The notes under the pieces are model-generated. The model was given only the letters and a program-made list of their open reading frames with translations, made no database searches and was not told the origin of the DNA. Below are positions 38,955-52,070 of a DNA stretch of 64,000 nt, one piece after another. Made by a program: the position numbers and the translations under genes. The stretch is taken from positions 1,984,001 to 2,048,000 of the forward strand of contig NC_043007.1 in the NCBI RefSeq assembly GCF_006345805.1, in the 5' to 3' direction. This DNA comes from Octopus sinensis. Taxonomy: Eukaryota. The stretch's first letter is position 1; each line of letters starts with the position of its first letter.

Positions 38955-38998
38955 GTATATATGTATATATATCTATCTATATATCTATCTATCTATTA

Positions 38999-39044
<46 letters not shown>

Positions 39045-40639
39045 TGCTATTGTGACTGTATCTACAGAATCTTACCTTACTGGCAGCGATGAGGTCAGAG
39101 CGGGTTGGCGGTGGGGGGTGGGGGGAAATGATTGTTGCCTTTCATATATACTTAACCGAATTTGTTACAAAAGAACAATATTGTTTTTATGATGTTTCTG
39201 GTGTTCATCTTTGATTGGCCATCGTTGACTTGTCCATTATCCATTTATTGTCACAGGTGAGTGAGTTTCTTTGCAAATACTTACGCAATGTATTTTGCAT
39301 CGAACAAAGAGTAAACCAGGTGTAAACATCCTTTTGGTTTAGAAAATGGTTTTGGTTCCTCTTTGATTCCGATTCAGTTATGAATTGGATTATCTTCTAT
39401 TATTCTGGCATTTACTTTACATTTATGCAATATTATTCAATTGCTAGAATCTACTTTGAAGATTTTTGTCTAGTTCACTCTTTCCAATAGTCTTACCTTC
39501 TTTTTCCGCTCTTTTACTTTCTTTCTTTCATTCTTTCTTTCTTTCTTTCATTCTTTCTTTTGTTCTTTCTTTCCTTTCTCCTTATTTCTCCTTCTTTCCT
39601 TCTTTCTTTCTTCTTTCTCCTTTCTTCCTTCCTTCCACTCGATCTTTTACTTTCTCTGCTTTCTCACCTCTTCATCTCTCACATTTTAGAAATACTGTGC
39701 ACATGTGGGTGTGTGAGTGTTTATTGTATATATGTGTGTGTGTGTGTGTGTGTTGCGTGTATGTATGTATTATATGTGCTTATACATACATGTTTATACA
39801 TATGTATATATGTTTGTGTATGTATATATATATATATATATATAAATGTGCATATATATATACATATATATAAACATACAAATATATATGCACATATATA
39901 TATATGCATATATATATATATATATGTTTATATATATATATATATATATATATACGAATATATGTATATACTTATCTGTTTGTATATATATAAATAATGT
40001 TAAAAGCCTATGTCAAGAGAACAAGCGATAACATACTTCCATAACATTAAATGTCATTGGATGGTTTATGTTTGACTAAAGACCTGACATTGTTATTCAG
40101 CACCACAGATGCAAGTAGTGTTTGTCGTCAATAAACATCCAACTCAGTAATTGCTGATTCGCAAGCTGACACTACACCCTTTCTAACAAAAGCAACAATG
40201 GCCAAATTGTACTGATTCCGGCTGTAAAATAACATTGTATATTTGACCAGTATTCTGTTTATCTGCACCGCTTTTGTACAACACATCTGGGTTTTTTTTC
40301 TTATTTCTTTCTCTTTACATTTTTTTTTTTTTTTACTAGGTGGGGGGGCACCCTTCTTTAGGTGCTGGTTGGGTCTTGGCTGACAACAGTGAAACCATCA
40401 AGGCCTGCTTGCACTCTATAATGTAATCAGTTACATAGACATCCAGCAGGCAATGGCTACATGGTTCATGTTCCATCCATTGACTTCTCTTTAATTTTAA
40501 ACCCATTATGGTGCCTGTATGGGGTCACGTGGCCTTTTAGAAATCACTGACAATTCTTTTTCAAATCACATCCTACTGTTTTGTGGGGGGAAAAAATTGA
40601 ATGGATGGATGGATGAAAAGCAAATTAGATCCTGTGTTT

Positions 40640-41520
40640 ATTCATTTTTGATTTATTACTCTGCTTGAATATCTGTTGTGAAACCTGTTTTTAGTGCCTT
40701 GTAGTGCCTTGTAGTGGTGTAACAGGGTCTGTGAAGTGGGAAGAACAGTGACCAATAATGATGCACAAGGAATATCATTGCAAGAGCATATCTCAAAATG
40801 AGATAATTTCAAGAATGGAGAAGGGTGAACGGTGTGATCGCTGAATACCAAAATCACAAGTTCCACTGGGTCAGACATGTTGCAGGAACCACAGATAAAT
40901 TGTGGACCCATGCAGTTGCAAAGTACTATCTAAAAGATCACAAAGGCGGTGAGCTGGCAGAAACATTAGCACGTCGGGCGAAACGCTTAGCGGTATTTCG
41001 TCTGCCACTACATTCTGACTTCAAATTCCGCCGAGGTCGACTTTACCTTTCATCCTTTTGGGGTTGATTAAATAAGTACCAGTTACGCACTGGGGTCGAT
41101 ATAATTGACTTGATCCCTTTGTCTGTCCGTGTTTGTCCTCTCTGTATTTAGCCCCTTGTTGGTAGTAAAGAAATAGGTATTTCGTCTGCAGCTACATTCT
41201 GACTTCAAATTACGCCGAGGTCGACTTTACCTTTCATCCTTTCGGGGCTGATAAATTAAGTACCATGTAATCGACTTAATCCATTTGTCTGTCCTTGTTT
41301 GTTCTCTCTGTGTTTAGCCCCTTGTGGGTAGTAAAGAAATAGGTATCTAAAAGATCACCAAAAGCCACTCAAAAGGCTCCCACCATAATGAGAAGATGAT
41401 TTTGGTAAATGATTTCAGCCAAGATGAAAGACAACTGCACAGTCAAGAAAGAATTGCAAGCATTCAAGAACATCCAATTGCTTGGATGGTACAGTGATAT
41501 GGTGATGTCTGAAATTCAAG
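40640..41520 (+). mobile_element. Degenerate RTE LINE interrupted by SINE B
   Basis: KFHWVRHVAGTTDKLWT motif continues after the SINE as YLKDHQKPLKRLPP. Confidence 0.6.
40945..41343 (+). mobile_element. SINE family B, partially dimeric, with an 18-bp TSD
   Basis: TATCTAAAAGATCAC(A/CA)AAA at 40927-40944 and 41344-41362. Confidence 0.9.
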
Positions 41521-42214
41521 TTGGATGGTCGCAGAATACCTTGGCACATAAGTTTGCTCTGTTGGAACTGACTAAGATGTGAACAATCCAATACTGTAGG
41601 AAATTGTATCAAAGAGACAAAAAATTTTATCTGAGTGGTGGGCACTAAAAAAACACAATGATGTTTGGGAAGTCTTTGTTGTTATTTTTGCTGCTGCTGT
41701 TGTTGTTGTTGTTGTTGTTGGTGTTGTTGTTAAGCAACAAGACAGGTAAGGGTTATTAGGTGATGGTCTAGGGATTAGGGATGGGAGACCCCAGACCTTG
41801 GAAGAAAAAAAACTTTGGTCATCTTGTTGTAGTCGAGGGCTCTTCGTTGATGCCCGACACCACTAGGAGGTGCCCCTCGAAGTCGCTAGAAATGGAGATC
41901 TCCAGGTCTAAATTCTTGAACGGCTGCTGCTGTTGTTGTTGTTTAGCAGTGGATGGAAGAAAATTCAGAGTGTTGCATTAATGAACTTCTTTCAGTATTT
42001 TGCTTTGTCTCCCAAAATTCTGCATTCAAATACTGCCAAGATTAACTTGGATCTCTGCAAGGTATACGAAAATAAAAAGGGACAGCAATGTGCTGTGGAT
42101 TGATTCAGTCAGTTCTACTCCTTTGACTTTAGACTAAAATTCAATTCAAAATCCTCCTGTGTTGTTATTGTTGTTATTGTTGCTATTATCACTATTATTA
42201 TTTATTTCATTATT

Positions 42215-42432
42215 GCCCACAAGGGGCTAAACATAGAGGGGACAAACAAGGACAGACAAAGGGATTAAGTCGATTACATCGACCCCAGTGCATAACTGGT
42301 ACTTATTTAATCGACCCCGAAAGGATGAAAGGCAAAGTCAACCTTGGCAGAATTTGAACTCAGAACGTAACGGCAGACGAAACACCGCTAAGCATTTCAC
42401 CCAGCATGCTAACAATTCTGCTAGCTCAGCAC
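42215..42432 (-). mobile_element. SINE family B
   Basis: Full match to the family B body. Confidence 0.88.
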
Positions 42433-42620
42433 CCTAAATACTATATTATTATTATTATTATTATTATTATTATCATCATCATCATCATGGTCATCATCAC
42501 CATCATCATCATCATCATCACCATTTTTAAAGTAGCATGTTGAATGTTTTCTCAAAAAGGAGAAAATAACGATCTCTTAAAATTATATAAATATATATAT
42601 ATGTATATATATATACATAT

Positions 42621-42682
<62 letters not shown>

Positions 42683-43699
42683 GTATGTGTGTATGTATAT
42701 ATATATGTATATATATATAAGCAAAGAAAGCTAACATTCCTCGTATTGTATCTAATTAAGCTGAGTGAGAAGAGATTTTCTATAATTCACTTTTCAATAC
42801 CTTTTTAAATGATAAGATTCAGACAAGCTTTGTTACAGTTTCCCTTGAAGCATCTTAGTGCTGAGGGTTATAAAAATACCCAAATAAACAATGAAATAGA
42901 ATTAAAAACAAACAAACAATTATAAATACACACACATACACACACAAAACTACATAGATAACTGGGTTTTTTGTATTATTCAGTCAAGACTAACCTAGGA
43001 TATTTATTGTTAAACTATGAGATTGAATATCTTAAGCTGTGTTTATTAAGTAGAGAGGATGAGCAGCACCGGAGGCTGTTGCTAGCAGCATCTTGATTTA
43101 CAGCATGATAAACATTTGGTTAAATTCGATAAAAATCTAAAATTCTGAAAGAAAATTATGAATAATAAATACCAAGGTATAAAACTTTCCCTTCGTATGA
43201 GAAAAGGATAAAAATATCGGTTTATTGAATTATCTTTTCAAATTGAGATTTGAGGAAGGAGATATAATTAAAATAGTTTATTCCTCAATTGTACTTACCT
43301 TTTGTATTCTTACAGCTTTGTTTAAAAAAAATCACTTTTTTTCCTGAATATGAAATATCTCATTCTGTTGTGTATAATCTAAGTTAGCCAGCGTCATAAA
43401 GGTAGCTCATGGAGTTAAACAATGGATCATATATATATTAAGGCCCTTGACCTTTTATCTCAGCATGGATTGGTGCATATTTTATGCCAAGAACATTAAG
43501 GAAAATGGAATGTGAAAGGAAAAGTTCTCCACAAGTTTGTGTATTTTTAATTTGCGTGAAGCTTGTTCCTTTACATTGGTGACCTGCCTGTAAATACACC
43601 CAGTACACTTTGTGAAGTGGTTGGCATTAAGAAGGACATCCAGCTATAGAGACCCGTTGAGCATGTCCCTTACTGGCTGATGATATGTGTATCTCTGAT

Positions 43700-43811
43700 T
43701 CATGAGGAGAAGTAGTGGGAGAACATCATGTTAATTCTGATTTTTTTGACATATTTCTTGAACTTGGTTGTTGGTGCTCTGAGTGCTCCTACAACTATTA
43801 TTGTTATCATT

Positions 43812-43909
<98 letters not shown>

Positions 43910-44430
43910 CATTACTGAAGATGGCACACAATATAAAATATCATGAAGTTGTTGATTGAAGATATTGTGTCTTCTGGGGGTTTGTACTGTTTGTCAAGCC
44001 ACAAGGACCTCAGACAGACGGTACTTTACGCAATATGTGTGCAGTTCCAAGTAATGCTGACTTTTGCAGTACACCTAGAATGTAGGCTATTTTTAAAGTT
44101 TTTAGGTGTTTTTGTTTTCCAGATTGGGTGGTATTGAACCCAATGATCCGATGACAATAGGGGTAACCTTTATGTTCGACTCTCGTAGCTGCCACATCTT
44201 GACAATCTCAATTCTCAGGTCTCCATATTCATCAACCTTTTCTATTTTTTCATGATGATATGTTGATCTCCTGGCACCCGTAAACTCATATCCATACTTA
44301 TGGCATAGTAGCCAGTGGAGGTTTGGGGCTACCTTGTCGTGTCTACACTTGTACTTTTTCTGTGCAAGACTTTCACAAATACTAACAATGTGAGTCATGT
44401 TTTTGACCCTCTTCTCACACATTCTGCACA

Positions 44431-44431
<1 letters not shown>
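43700..44431 (-). mobile_element. R4/Dong-like non-LTR retrotransposon 3' fragments in (TAA)n tracts
   Basis: CRMCEK...HIVSIC...RHDKV zinc knuckle; PIVIGSLGSIP; LQKSALLGTAHILRKV. Confidence 0.85.
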
Positions 44432-44464
<33 letters not shown>

Positions 44465-44639
44465 TTTTATTTTATTTTTTTTCTTCTTTCAAATTTGCTT
44501 CCATTTCTTGCCGAGTGTCTTCCCGACTCCTAGGGCAAAGAAACTCATAGTATACATTGGTAGGCCATTAAACCAAACTCAATAGTTCGTTCATTTTTTT
44601 TTTTTTTTTTTTTAAGTTAAATTAAAATACATGAGCAGC

Positions 44640-44891
44640 AACAGTTCTCACATCGACAATGCTCTTCTCAATACGTGTGATGTACCAGTTAAGACAATCT
44701 TTTGCACTTCTTGCAGGGATGGTAAGCCAGGGATCATTCTCATATAATTTTCGGTTCCCTTCTTGATCATTCCTAGTGCTCCTACGAAGGGAACCGAAAA
44801 ATTATATGAGAATGATCCCTGGCTTACCATCCCTGCAAGAAGTGCAAAAGATTGTCTTAACTGGTACATCACACGTATTGAGAAGAGCATT
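44640..44891. mobile_element. Fold-back of an R4/Dong-like 3' coding end
   Basis: Arms of about 105 bp at 44658-44762 and 44786-44891 differing by one indel; 23-nt loop; encodes LQEVQKIVLTGTSHVLRRAL. Confidence 0.88.
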
Positions 44892-44904
44892 ATTATTATT
44901 ATTA

Positions 44905-44956
<52 letters not shown>

Positions 44957-45332
44957 AGCCACTCTAAGCAGTGATGTTTAAAATTAAGCTGTGTACATAT
45001 AGATTTACTATGTTTGTGTACACTCAAAGCTGGAAAGACCTTTGCTATGTTAACTATCTTGGAGGAGAAACTTTCCTCATAAACTGTGTATGTAAAAGCA
45101 CATTTCCCATTAAAGGGTGTCAGTGGCTGGACAATACTCTTTGACCAATGGCAACAATGCTTGTATGCACCAGGGAGAAATACCTCAAACCCTTTGCTCA
45201 GTCGGCTGTGGATTATTTTGTTGATTTAAGGGAATTGTTTTTCTTTTATATTCCTTGGTTGCCTCATCTATTTCAGAGCAGTTAAACTACACACACGCAC
45301 GTGGAGATGATGCATAAATATCATTAAGTATA

Positions 45333-45724
45333 TCTCTTCTATATAAATCAGAAGTTGTCTGTGTGTGGCAGGTTTGGTAGCCTTCAACTAACACTGTCTC
45401 CTCCGAGACCCTGCGGCGCAAGTTGACCAAAATTGAGAGTATGATAGAAGAAGGCTTGCTCTTCCTTCCGTAGAAGAAAAAATTCAAATCGGACCATGTT
45501 AACACCAAAAATTATTTACATCAAAAATGTACTTTTTTTCTTTGAAAATCCTTATTTTTTTACGATTTTTTGACTGCTGTGTCGCCATTTTTCGGTGTAT
45601 TTCAACCAGAAAAATGTTCACTTAAAGAGAATAACAAGCTACATAATGCAAAATTTTTACTTTTCAAAAATTCCAATTTTAAAGGGTCGAAACAAACCCG
45701 AGCAACGCCGGGCGATACTGCTAG
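45333..45724 (+). mobile_element. Non-autonomous Helitron
   Basis: 5' TC, subterminal hairpin CCCGAGCAACGCCGGG, 3' CTAG, inserted between A and T. Confidence 0.85.
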
Positions 45725-46344
45725 TCTACAATATTTAAGGGCTCAATCAATCAAGCACATTGTTAAATTCCAATGCGTTATTACAATGCAGTGAATATTG
45801 TTACAATTAACCTGCATGACTATACTGTATCAGCTAAAATGCTAGCTGTGAGCAACGTTTGTAGAATAGTAAAAAGCAGAAATCGTAAATTTTGTTTATA
45901 ATTCATAATCAAATTGTTCTTGACAGCTGTTTCAGGACAGGAAGAGCATTAGAAATTATATGATTATGTAATTAACATATGATGTGTTACCCATTTCATT
46001 GGGGAAGAAATATGAAATAATTGTGTATCTATTGCATTAATAATGTTTTTTTAATGTATTGAAACAGCTGTCAAGAACAATTAGAATTTGAACCATATGT
46101 AAGATTTATGCTTTTCTATTTTTACGATTATAAATGTCTATTATTATTGTTATTATTATCAAAAGAAATTATTATTATTATTATTGTTAAAGTTGCAAGC
46201 AGGTACAGTCTTTAGCCTGCCGAACAAAAGGCTTCGTAGCATTTTGTCCATCTTTACATTCTGGGTTCAAATTCTGCTGAGGTCAGTTTAGCCTTTCATC
46301 ATTTTGGTCAAATACATCAGCATCAAAAAATCAAATGGAAATTG

Positions 46345-46750
46345 TAGTTGTAATACCTGTGTCGGTGGCACGTAAAATGCACCATCCGTACGTGGCCGAT
46401 GCCAGTGCTGCCTTGACTGGCTTCAGTGTTGGTGGCACATAAAAAGCACCAACTGATCATGGCCATTGCTAGCCTCCCCTGGCACCTGTGCCGGTGGCAC
46501 CTAAAAAGCACCATCCATACGTGGTCGATGCCAGTGCCATCTTGACTGGTTTCTGTGCTGGTGGCATGTAAAAAGCATTCACTACACTCACGGAGTGGTT
46601 GGCGTTAGGAAGGGCATCCAGCTTTAGAAACACTGCCAGATCAGACTGGAGCCTGGTGCAGCCTCCTGGCTTTCCAGATCCCTGGTCGAACCGTCCAACC
46701 CGTGCTAGCATGGAAAACGGACGTTAAACGATGATGATGATGATGAAATA
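46345..46750 (+). mobile_element. RTE 3' fragment with internal repeats
   Basis: Shared RTE 3' UTR and (GAT)n tail. Confidence 0.8.
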
Positions 46751-48056
46751 AGTACCAGGTGCGCACTGGGGTTGGGTGGCTTGACAGGATTTAGCAAGAA
46801 CTGCATTTTGCTCCATTGCATGGTTTCTGGCATGGTTTCTACTGCTGGGTGCCCTTCATAGTGCCAAACATTTTACGGCATGTACTGGGGGCTCTTTGTG
46901 TGCCACCTGTAATAGTGAGGTGTTGCCAAATAACTTGTAAGACTACGAACTCCGAGATGGGCAGCTTCATGCTGGGAGAGAAGGGATTGAGGGACGGGAC
47001 CACAGTAGAAGATCTCCTGTTGTAGATCAGCTACATGATTACCCACATTGAGTGGGGGCGGTGATCAACGTGGAACTTGGGAAGAGATAGAATTAATGGT
47101 GATGAGACGTCTGAGTGGACCCTCCACGGCTCCGCCCGCAAAAAATAAATTACATTTGCTTTTTATCTTCGTTTTGTTTTTAAATTCAGACATCATATTT
47201 AGAGCTGATCTATTCAATGAGGTATTTTGGCAACAGTTCTAAAATATTACCAAAAAAATAGTAAATAAAAGTAGTCTGACTATCTTATTTACATCACTGC
47301 TTCATGCTCCTCGTGAAGTAGAGACGGGGGGGGGGAGAAAAAAGAGTGGTGGCAAGAGTGGTGCCATTATTTTCACCGAAATCTAAAACAGCAAAGCTCA
47401 TTAGCATTCAACTTATTACTTTTACGGCAACAAGGAATATCTATCTACCGAAATGTTCCTGTCATTTATCTATTCAGTAAATTGCTTTCATAAACCAGTT
47501 CCCTTTTACACAAACATTTACCTCGTTGTTGATTGTTTTTTTCCGTTGTTGTTGTTTCTTGTTTTTATCTCAAACAACATAAATTGTATATCCATCTCCA
47601 TTACAAACACCTACCGCTACTTTAATACCTTTTTAAAAATATTGTGTTTTTTTTATTAATCATTGCGGTAATGGATTTTATATTGATGCGCACATTATTT
47701 ACCAGTGTCAATAACCATCTTTCTTGAATATTTATTATTTCTAGGAGATAAAATTTCATTTATTGTAGTATGTCTAATGGTAGAGAAAGATACTAAACTG
47801 TTGGATTCACCAAGCTGAGTTGAATTCTTTTATGAGACATATGGCACATTCAGATGTCATTGCTTGACCTTTTAAAAATAACAGTGAAATCTTCCTCTAA
47901 TCACATCCTGCTTTCTTTCCATTTTAAATTAATAGCAATTGTAATTAATTGCAATGATAATGATCACGATGATTATCATCATTATTATCATCCTTTAATA
48001 TCTGTTTTCCATGCTGGCATAGGTTAATAATAATGATGATGGTGGTGGTGGTGATG

Positions 48057-48500
48057 ATGATTCAGTGCAACCATGAGATAGAGAATAGGAAGCCGGACAT
48101 AGTCTTAATTGAGAAAGAAAATATACTATGCTGGATCATAGATATAGCATGCCCATCTGACAACAAGGTATGTGATGAGGAAGAAAGAAAAGTCGATAGG
48201 TATGACAGGTTAGCTTGGGAGGTTAAGCAGTTGTGGTCGATGAAAAAGGTAGCAGTAGTACCAATAATTGTCAGAGCCCTGGGAACAGTGAGCAAAAATC
48301 TTGAGAAGTATGTGGAAAAAATAGGTGCTGCAATAAGGGTGGAGCACTTGCAGACAACAGCACTGCTTGGAATGGCTCAAATACTCCGGAAGGTGCTTGA
48401 AGAATAAGAGGTGTTACCTTAGTTCACTGGTAGTAAACAGCTGACACTGTAGTACATCTCCAGTGTTAGAAACTGTGCAAAGGCAATGATGATGATAATA
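48057..48500 (+). mobile_element. R4/Dong-like LINE 3' end (RLE domain)
   Basis: RKPDIVLIEK...IIDIACPSD...LQTTALLGMAQILRKVLE stop; (TAA)n on both sides. Confidence 0.9.
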
Positions 48501-49141
48501 ATAATAAAAATATTAATAATAATAATAATAATAATAATAGTAATAATAATATACACACACAAATGCATGTATATTTTACATGTATATATACTATGTTTTT
48601 ACATAAATACACATACAAATATATATTTACACACATATACCAACATTTACGAATACATGTGTACAAACATACACAGACACATATGTATATACACACACAT
48701 ACACATGCACAGTGGGAATAATTTTGATAAATCAAGAACTTAATTGTACGATATTTGATATACCTGTATTTGTTTATTTTGTTCAAATGTCCACCACTGG
48801 CTTCTCTGAATTATTTCTCATAGCTTATTTTTATTGAATTCCTGCAAATCACCAAGGCCATAAATGTGTTCCACTCTTTCCTCATAAGTCTACGTCCCTT
48901 GGCTGCTGGAGATAGGGTTGGGCAGTTGTGTTGCTGATGATGCCTTCTGAGGCAGAAACACATCCCCCTGGGTTCATGACTTCTCCTGACACTGGGCCTC
49001 TCATGAGTCTTCTCCAGACAATTGGCCTCTCCTTTTCTTTAATGGCAAACCAACTTTGGAGAATTCTTGCTTCTTGAGATTAGCCCCCTTTCTCACATGG
49101 AGCTGGTCTCAATTGGCATTTGGTAGTTATGATACATCCTC

Positions 49142-49335
49142 TAGAGGCAGAGGTTCTTTTAATATATCAAGAATGACAAGTGACCGAGACCTTTGGAGAT
49201 ATGCTGTGCCTGAGAAGACTTGGAAAGCCATGGTTATGGTCTCACTTGGATTTCTAGGTCTTCTCAGGCACAGCATATCTCCAAAGGTCTCGGTCACTTG
49301 TCATTCTTGATATATCAAAAGAACCTCTGCCTCTA
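49142..49335. mobile_element. Fold-back of an RTE 3' coding end
   Basis: Near-perfect 78-bp arms at 49142-49219 and 49258-49335. Confidence 0.88.
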
Positions 49336-49556
49336 AGGCGGCGAGCTAGCAGAATCATTAGCATGCTGGGCAAAATACTTAGCTGTATTTCATCTACCAT
49401 TATGTTCTGAGTTCAAATTCTGTTGAGGTCGACTTTGTCTTTCATCCTTTCGGGGTCAATTAAATAAGTATCAGTTATGTACTGGGGTCGATGTAATCGA
49501 CTTAGTCCCTTTGTTTGTCTCCTCTGTGTTTAGCCCCTTGTGGGCAATAAAGAAAT
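49336..49556 (+). mobile_element. SINE family B
   Basis: GGCGGCGAGCTAGCAGAA head through GCAATAAAGAAATA tail. Confidence 0.85.
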
Positions 49557-50774
49557 ATATATATGTAGGTTTTCTAGTTGTTAGTTGTTTGAACTGTCAC
49601 TTTAGTTTTGAAAGCAAATTATTTACTGTCCAATAACCTACAAATATAAGAATATTCAAACAGTTATGGTTTAACCTACACTATATCCATTTTCAGATTG
49701 GCTTTCTCCTGTCATTTTTCTTTGAAATCCTGTATCTTAGGGAGAATAGATTACAGATTAAAAATGCTAAAATTCTTCTGTAATGCTAAAAACTATTTTA
49801 TGAAATATCATTCACTTATATGAAATAAAATTACTTCTCCTTCACTGGAACATTTGTATCTGTACTTGAAAACTGCTTTATCTTAATGGGAATCTTTCAT
49901 TCAATGAGGAACCATGTCTGTCATCATGCTAAAAATTCCATTTGCTTTAAGAGGAATTTTTCATTCAGTAATCTTTGTATGTCATCATGCTGCATTTTGT
50001 TGTCTTAAAAACTCCTGTTACTAATGCTTCTGCCTGTCTGCATTTCTGCTCTCAGACTTTGTCTGTTCTTCATCCAGATATCTTCATTGAATTTGTAAAA
50101 GAGAGGATATCATCTCAGCTTTGTGTCTCTGCCAGCAATTTATTATACGTACTTTATACCCAATGTTCTTTCTGCTTTTCTCCGCAATTTCTTACCGTCT
50201 TGTACATCATACTGCTTTGTGGAACTCTTTTTAATGGAAGTATTTCCTTAATACATCAATACTTATTGAAATTTAAGAAAAGCATCTACGTCAACAAGTT
50301 ACTTAATACTTTGCTGAAGAGAAAAGTATTCTTTATTGTCAGTATATAGGATAGATTATATTTCTTCAAAACACCACAAAGTAAACTCATTCTACAGAAT
50401 TAAATAGTCAATGACCCTCTGGTGAGCAGGATAATAGCAAAACTTAAAACTACTATGTTTTAAAAATTTTCCATCTTAGAAAGTCTCTCCAATCTTTTAA
50501 AATCTTTTGATGACATAGTAGAAGAAATAAAAAGAAAAAAAAACTCAAGCAAAACACACAAAAAGTAACAAAATATTTTGATGTCTATAGAACCTCCACA
50601 GCATTTATCAATATTGTCATCGTCATCATTTAGTTGTACAGTTCAAATTCAACATTGTGTTACACCATTTGTCATCTGCACATGCCATCCCTCGTGTGAG
50701 GTTCATAACTTGAAGATCAGCCTTTACCATTTCTTCCCATGTCGAATTCTGTTCTTGAGGACTTTTGAAATAAC

Positions 50775-51190
50775 TTTTGTCAAAATGTGGCTGTGTGGTT
50801 AAAAGTCTGCTTCTCAACCACATGGTTCTGGGTTCCATGCCACTGTGTGACACCTTGACCAAGTGTCTTCTACTATAGCTTTGGGCTAACCAAAGCTTTG
50901 TGAGTAGATTTGGTAGATGGAAACTGAAAGAAGCCTGTCATGTGTGTGTGTGTATCTGTGTGTGTATGTATCCGTGTGTGTGTCTTTTTGTATGTGTTTG
51001 TCCTCATGCCACTGCTTGACAACTGGTGTTGGTTTGTTTATGTTCCTGTAACTTAGTGGTTCAGCAAAATGAAACCAATAGAACAAGTACCATGCTTAAA
51101 AAGTAAGTACTGTAGCTGATTTGTTTGACTGAACTTCAAGGTGTTGCTCCAGCATGGCTGCAGTCCAATGACTGAAACAAGTAAAAGATT
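50775..51190 (+). mobile_element. SINE family A
   Basis: GTGGCTGTGTGGTTAA head, internal (TG)n, GAAACAAGTAAAAGA end. Confidence 0.85.
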
Positions 51191-51287
51191 AAAACATTAA
51201 CCATCACTCATGTTTCTGCTCACTAATAACAAAATGTCCAATTCCTAGTCTCATCATAATAAATATTTCTTTTGAACAAACATTTAA

Positions 51288-51625
51288 CCCTTTCATTACC
51301 AACCCAGCTGGAACCTTCTCTGGCTCTGTACTACAAATATCTTGTTGTCATAATTTCTGAATTAAAATCTTCCACCAATCCTTAGTCACAATTTATGTTC
51401 CTAACACTAGCTTAATGACAATAACCAAGTTATTTTACTAAATTCTTTGTTAGATTTAAAATTAATTGAAAGAAACACAGAGCATCTCAACAGAAATATG
51501 GTAACAAAAAGGTTAAGAAGAAAAATAATCAGCAGAAGACATAAGAGAAGGAGACTTCGGTGTGGTCACTGTTTATGCTAGAAATAATAGCCTAAATTTC
51601 CTTCAGTCTATACACCTTTCAGATG
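51288..51625. mobile_element. MITE plus spacer (half composite)
   Basis: TTAA at 51284-51287 and 51513-51516, followed by the same spacer as 63418-63566. Confidence 0.85.
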
Positions 51626-51676
51626 TAAACAAATGCACAGATGTTACAGTTGTATATTTAAGAGATGAGGAATTAT

Positions 51677-51738
51677 TGTACATTATTTACATTTGATGGA
51701 TATTTGTCCTCATCTTGTTTTTTGTCAACACAATTTCG
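51677..51738 (-). mobile_element. HH-SINE 3' tail fragment (copy 5)
   Basis: Minus strand CGAAATTGTGTTGAC...GATGAGGACAAATATCCATCAAATGTAAATAATGTAC. Confidence 0.75.
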
Positions 51739-51879
51739 TTTAAGCACCAAGAAATTTGATGAAAATTAAATTATAATTTCTGTGAGCATTTCCTTGCCTG
51801 GTGGCAAAATTATTCTTTCAAAGTTACCCATCATATGATGTGTAACACTTTAGTTGTAATAACCCTTTCTACTCTAGGC

Positions 51880-52070
51880 ACAAGGCATGAAATTTAGGGG
51901 GAAGCTGCTTGTTGACTTTATCGACCCCAGTGCTCTATTGGTACTTGTTTTATCAACCCTGAAAGGGATGAAAGACAAAGTCCACCTTGGCAGAATTTGA
52001 ACTCAGAATGTAAAAACAGACGAAAAGCATTTTGCCCTGCATGCTAGCAACTCTGCCAGCTCACTGCCTT
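51880..52070 (-). mobile_element. SINE family B, degenerate
   Basis: GAAAGACAAAGTCCACCTTGGCAGAATTTGAACTCAG. Confidence 0.75.

Noticed and set aside
47050-47140. Paired GC boxes as a promoter
   Set aside because: Two short motifs with no associated exon; insufficient evidence
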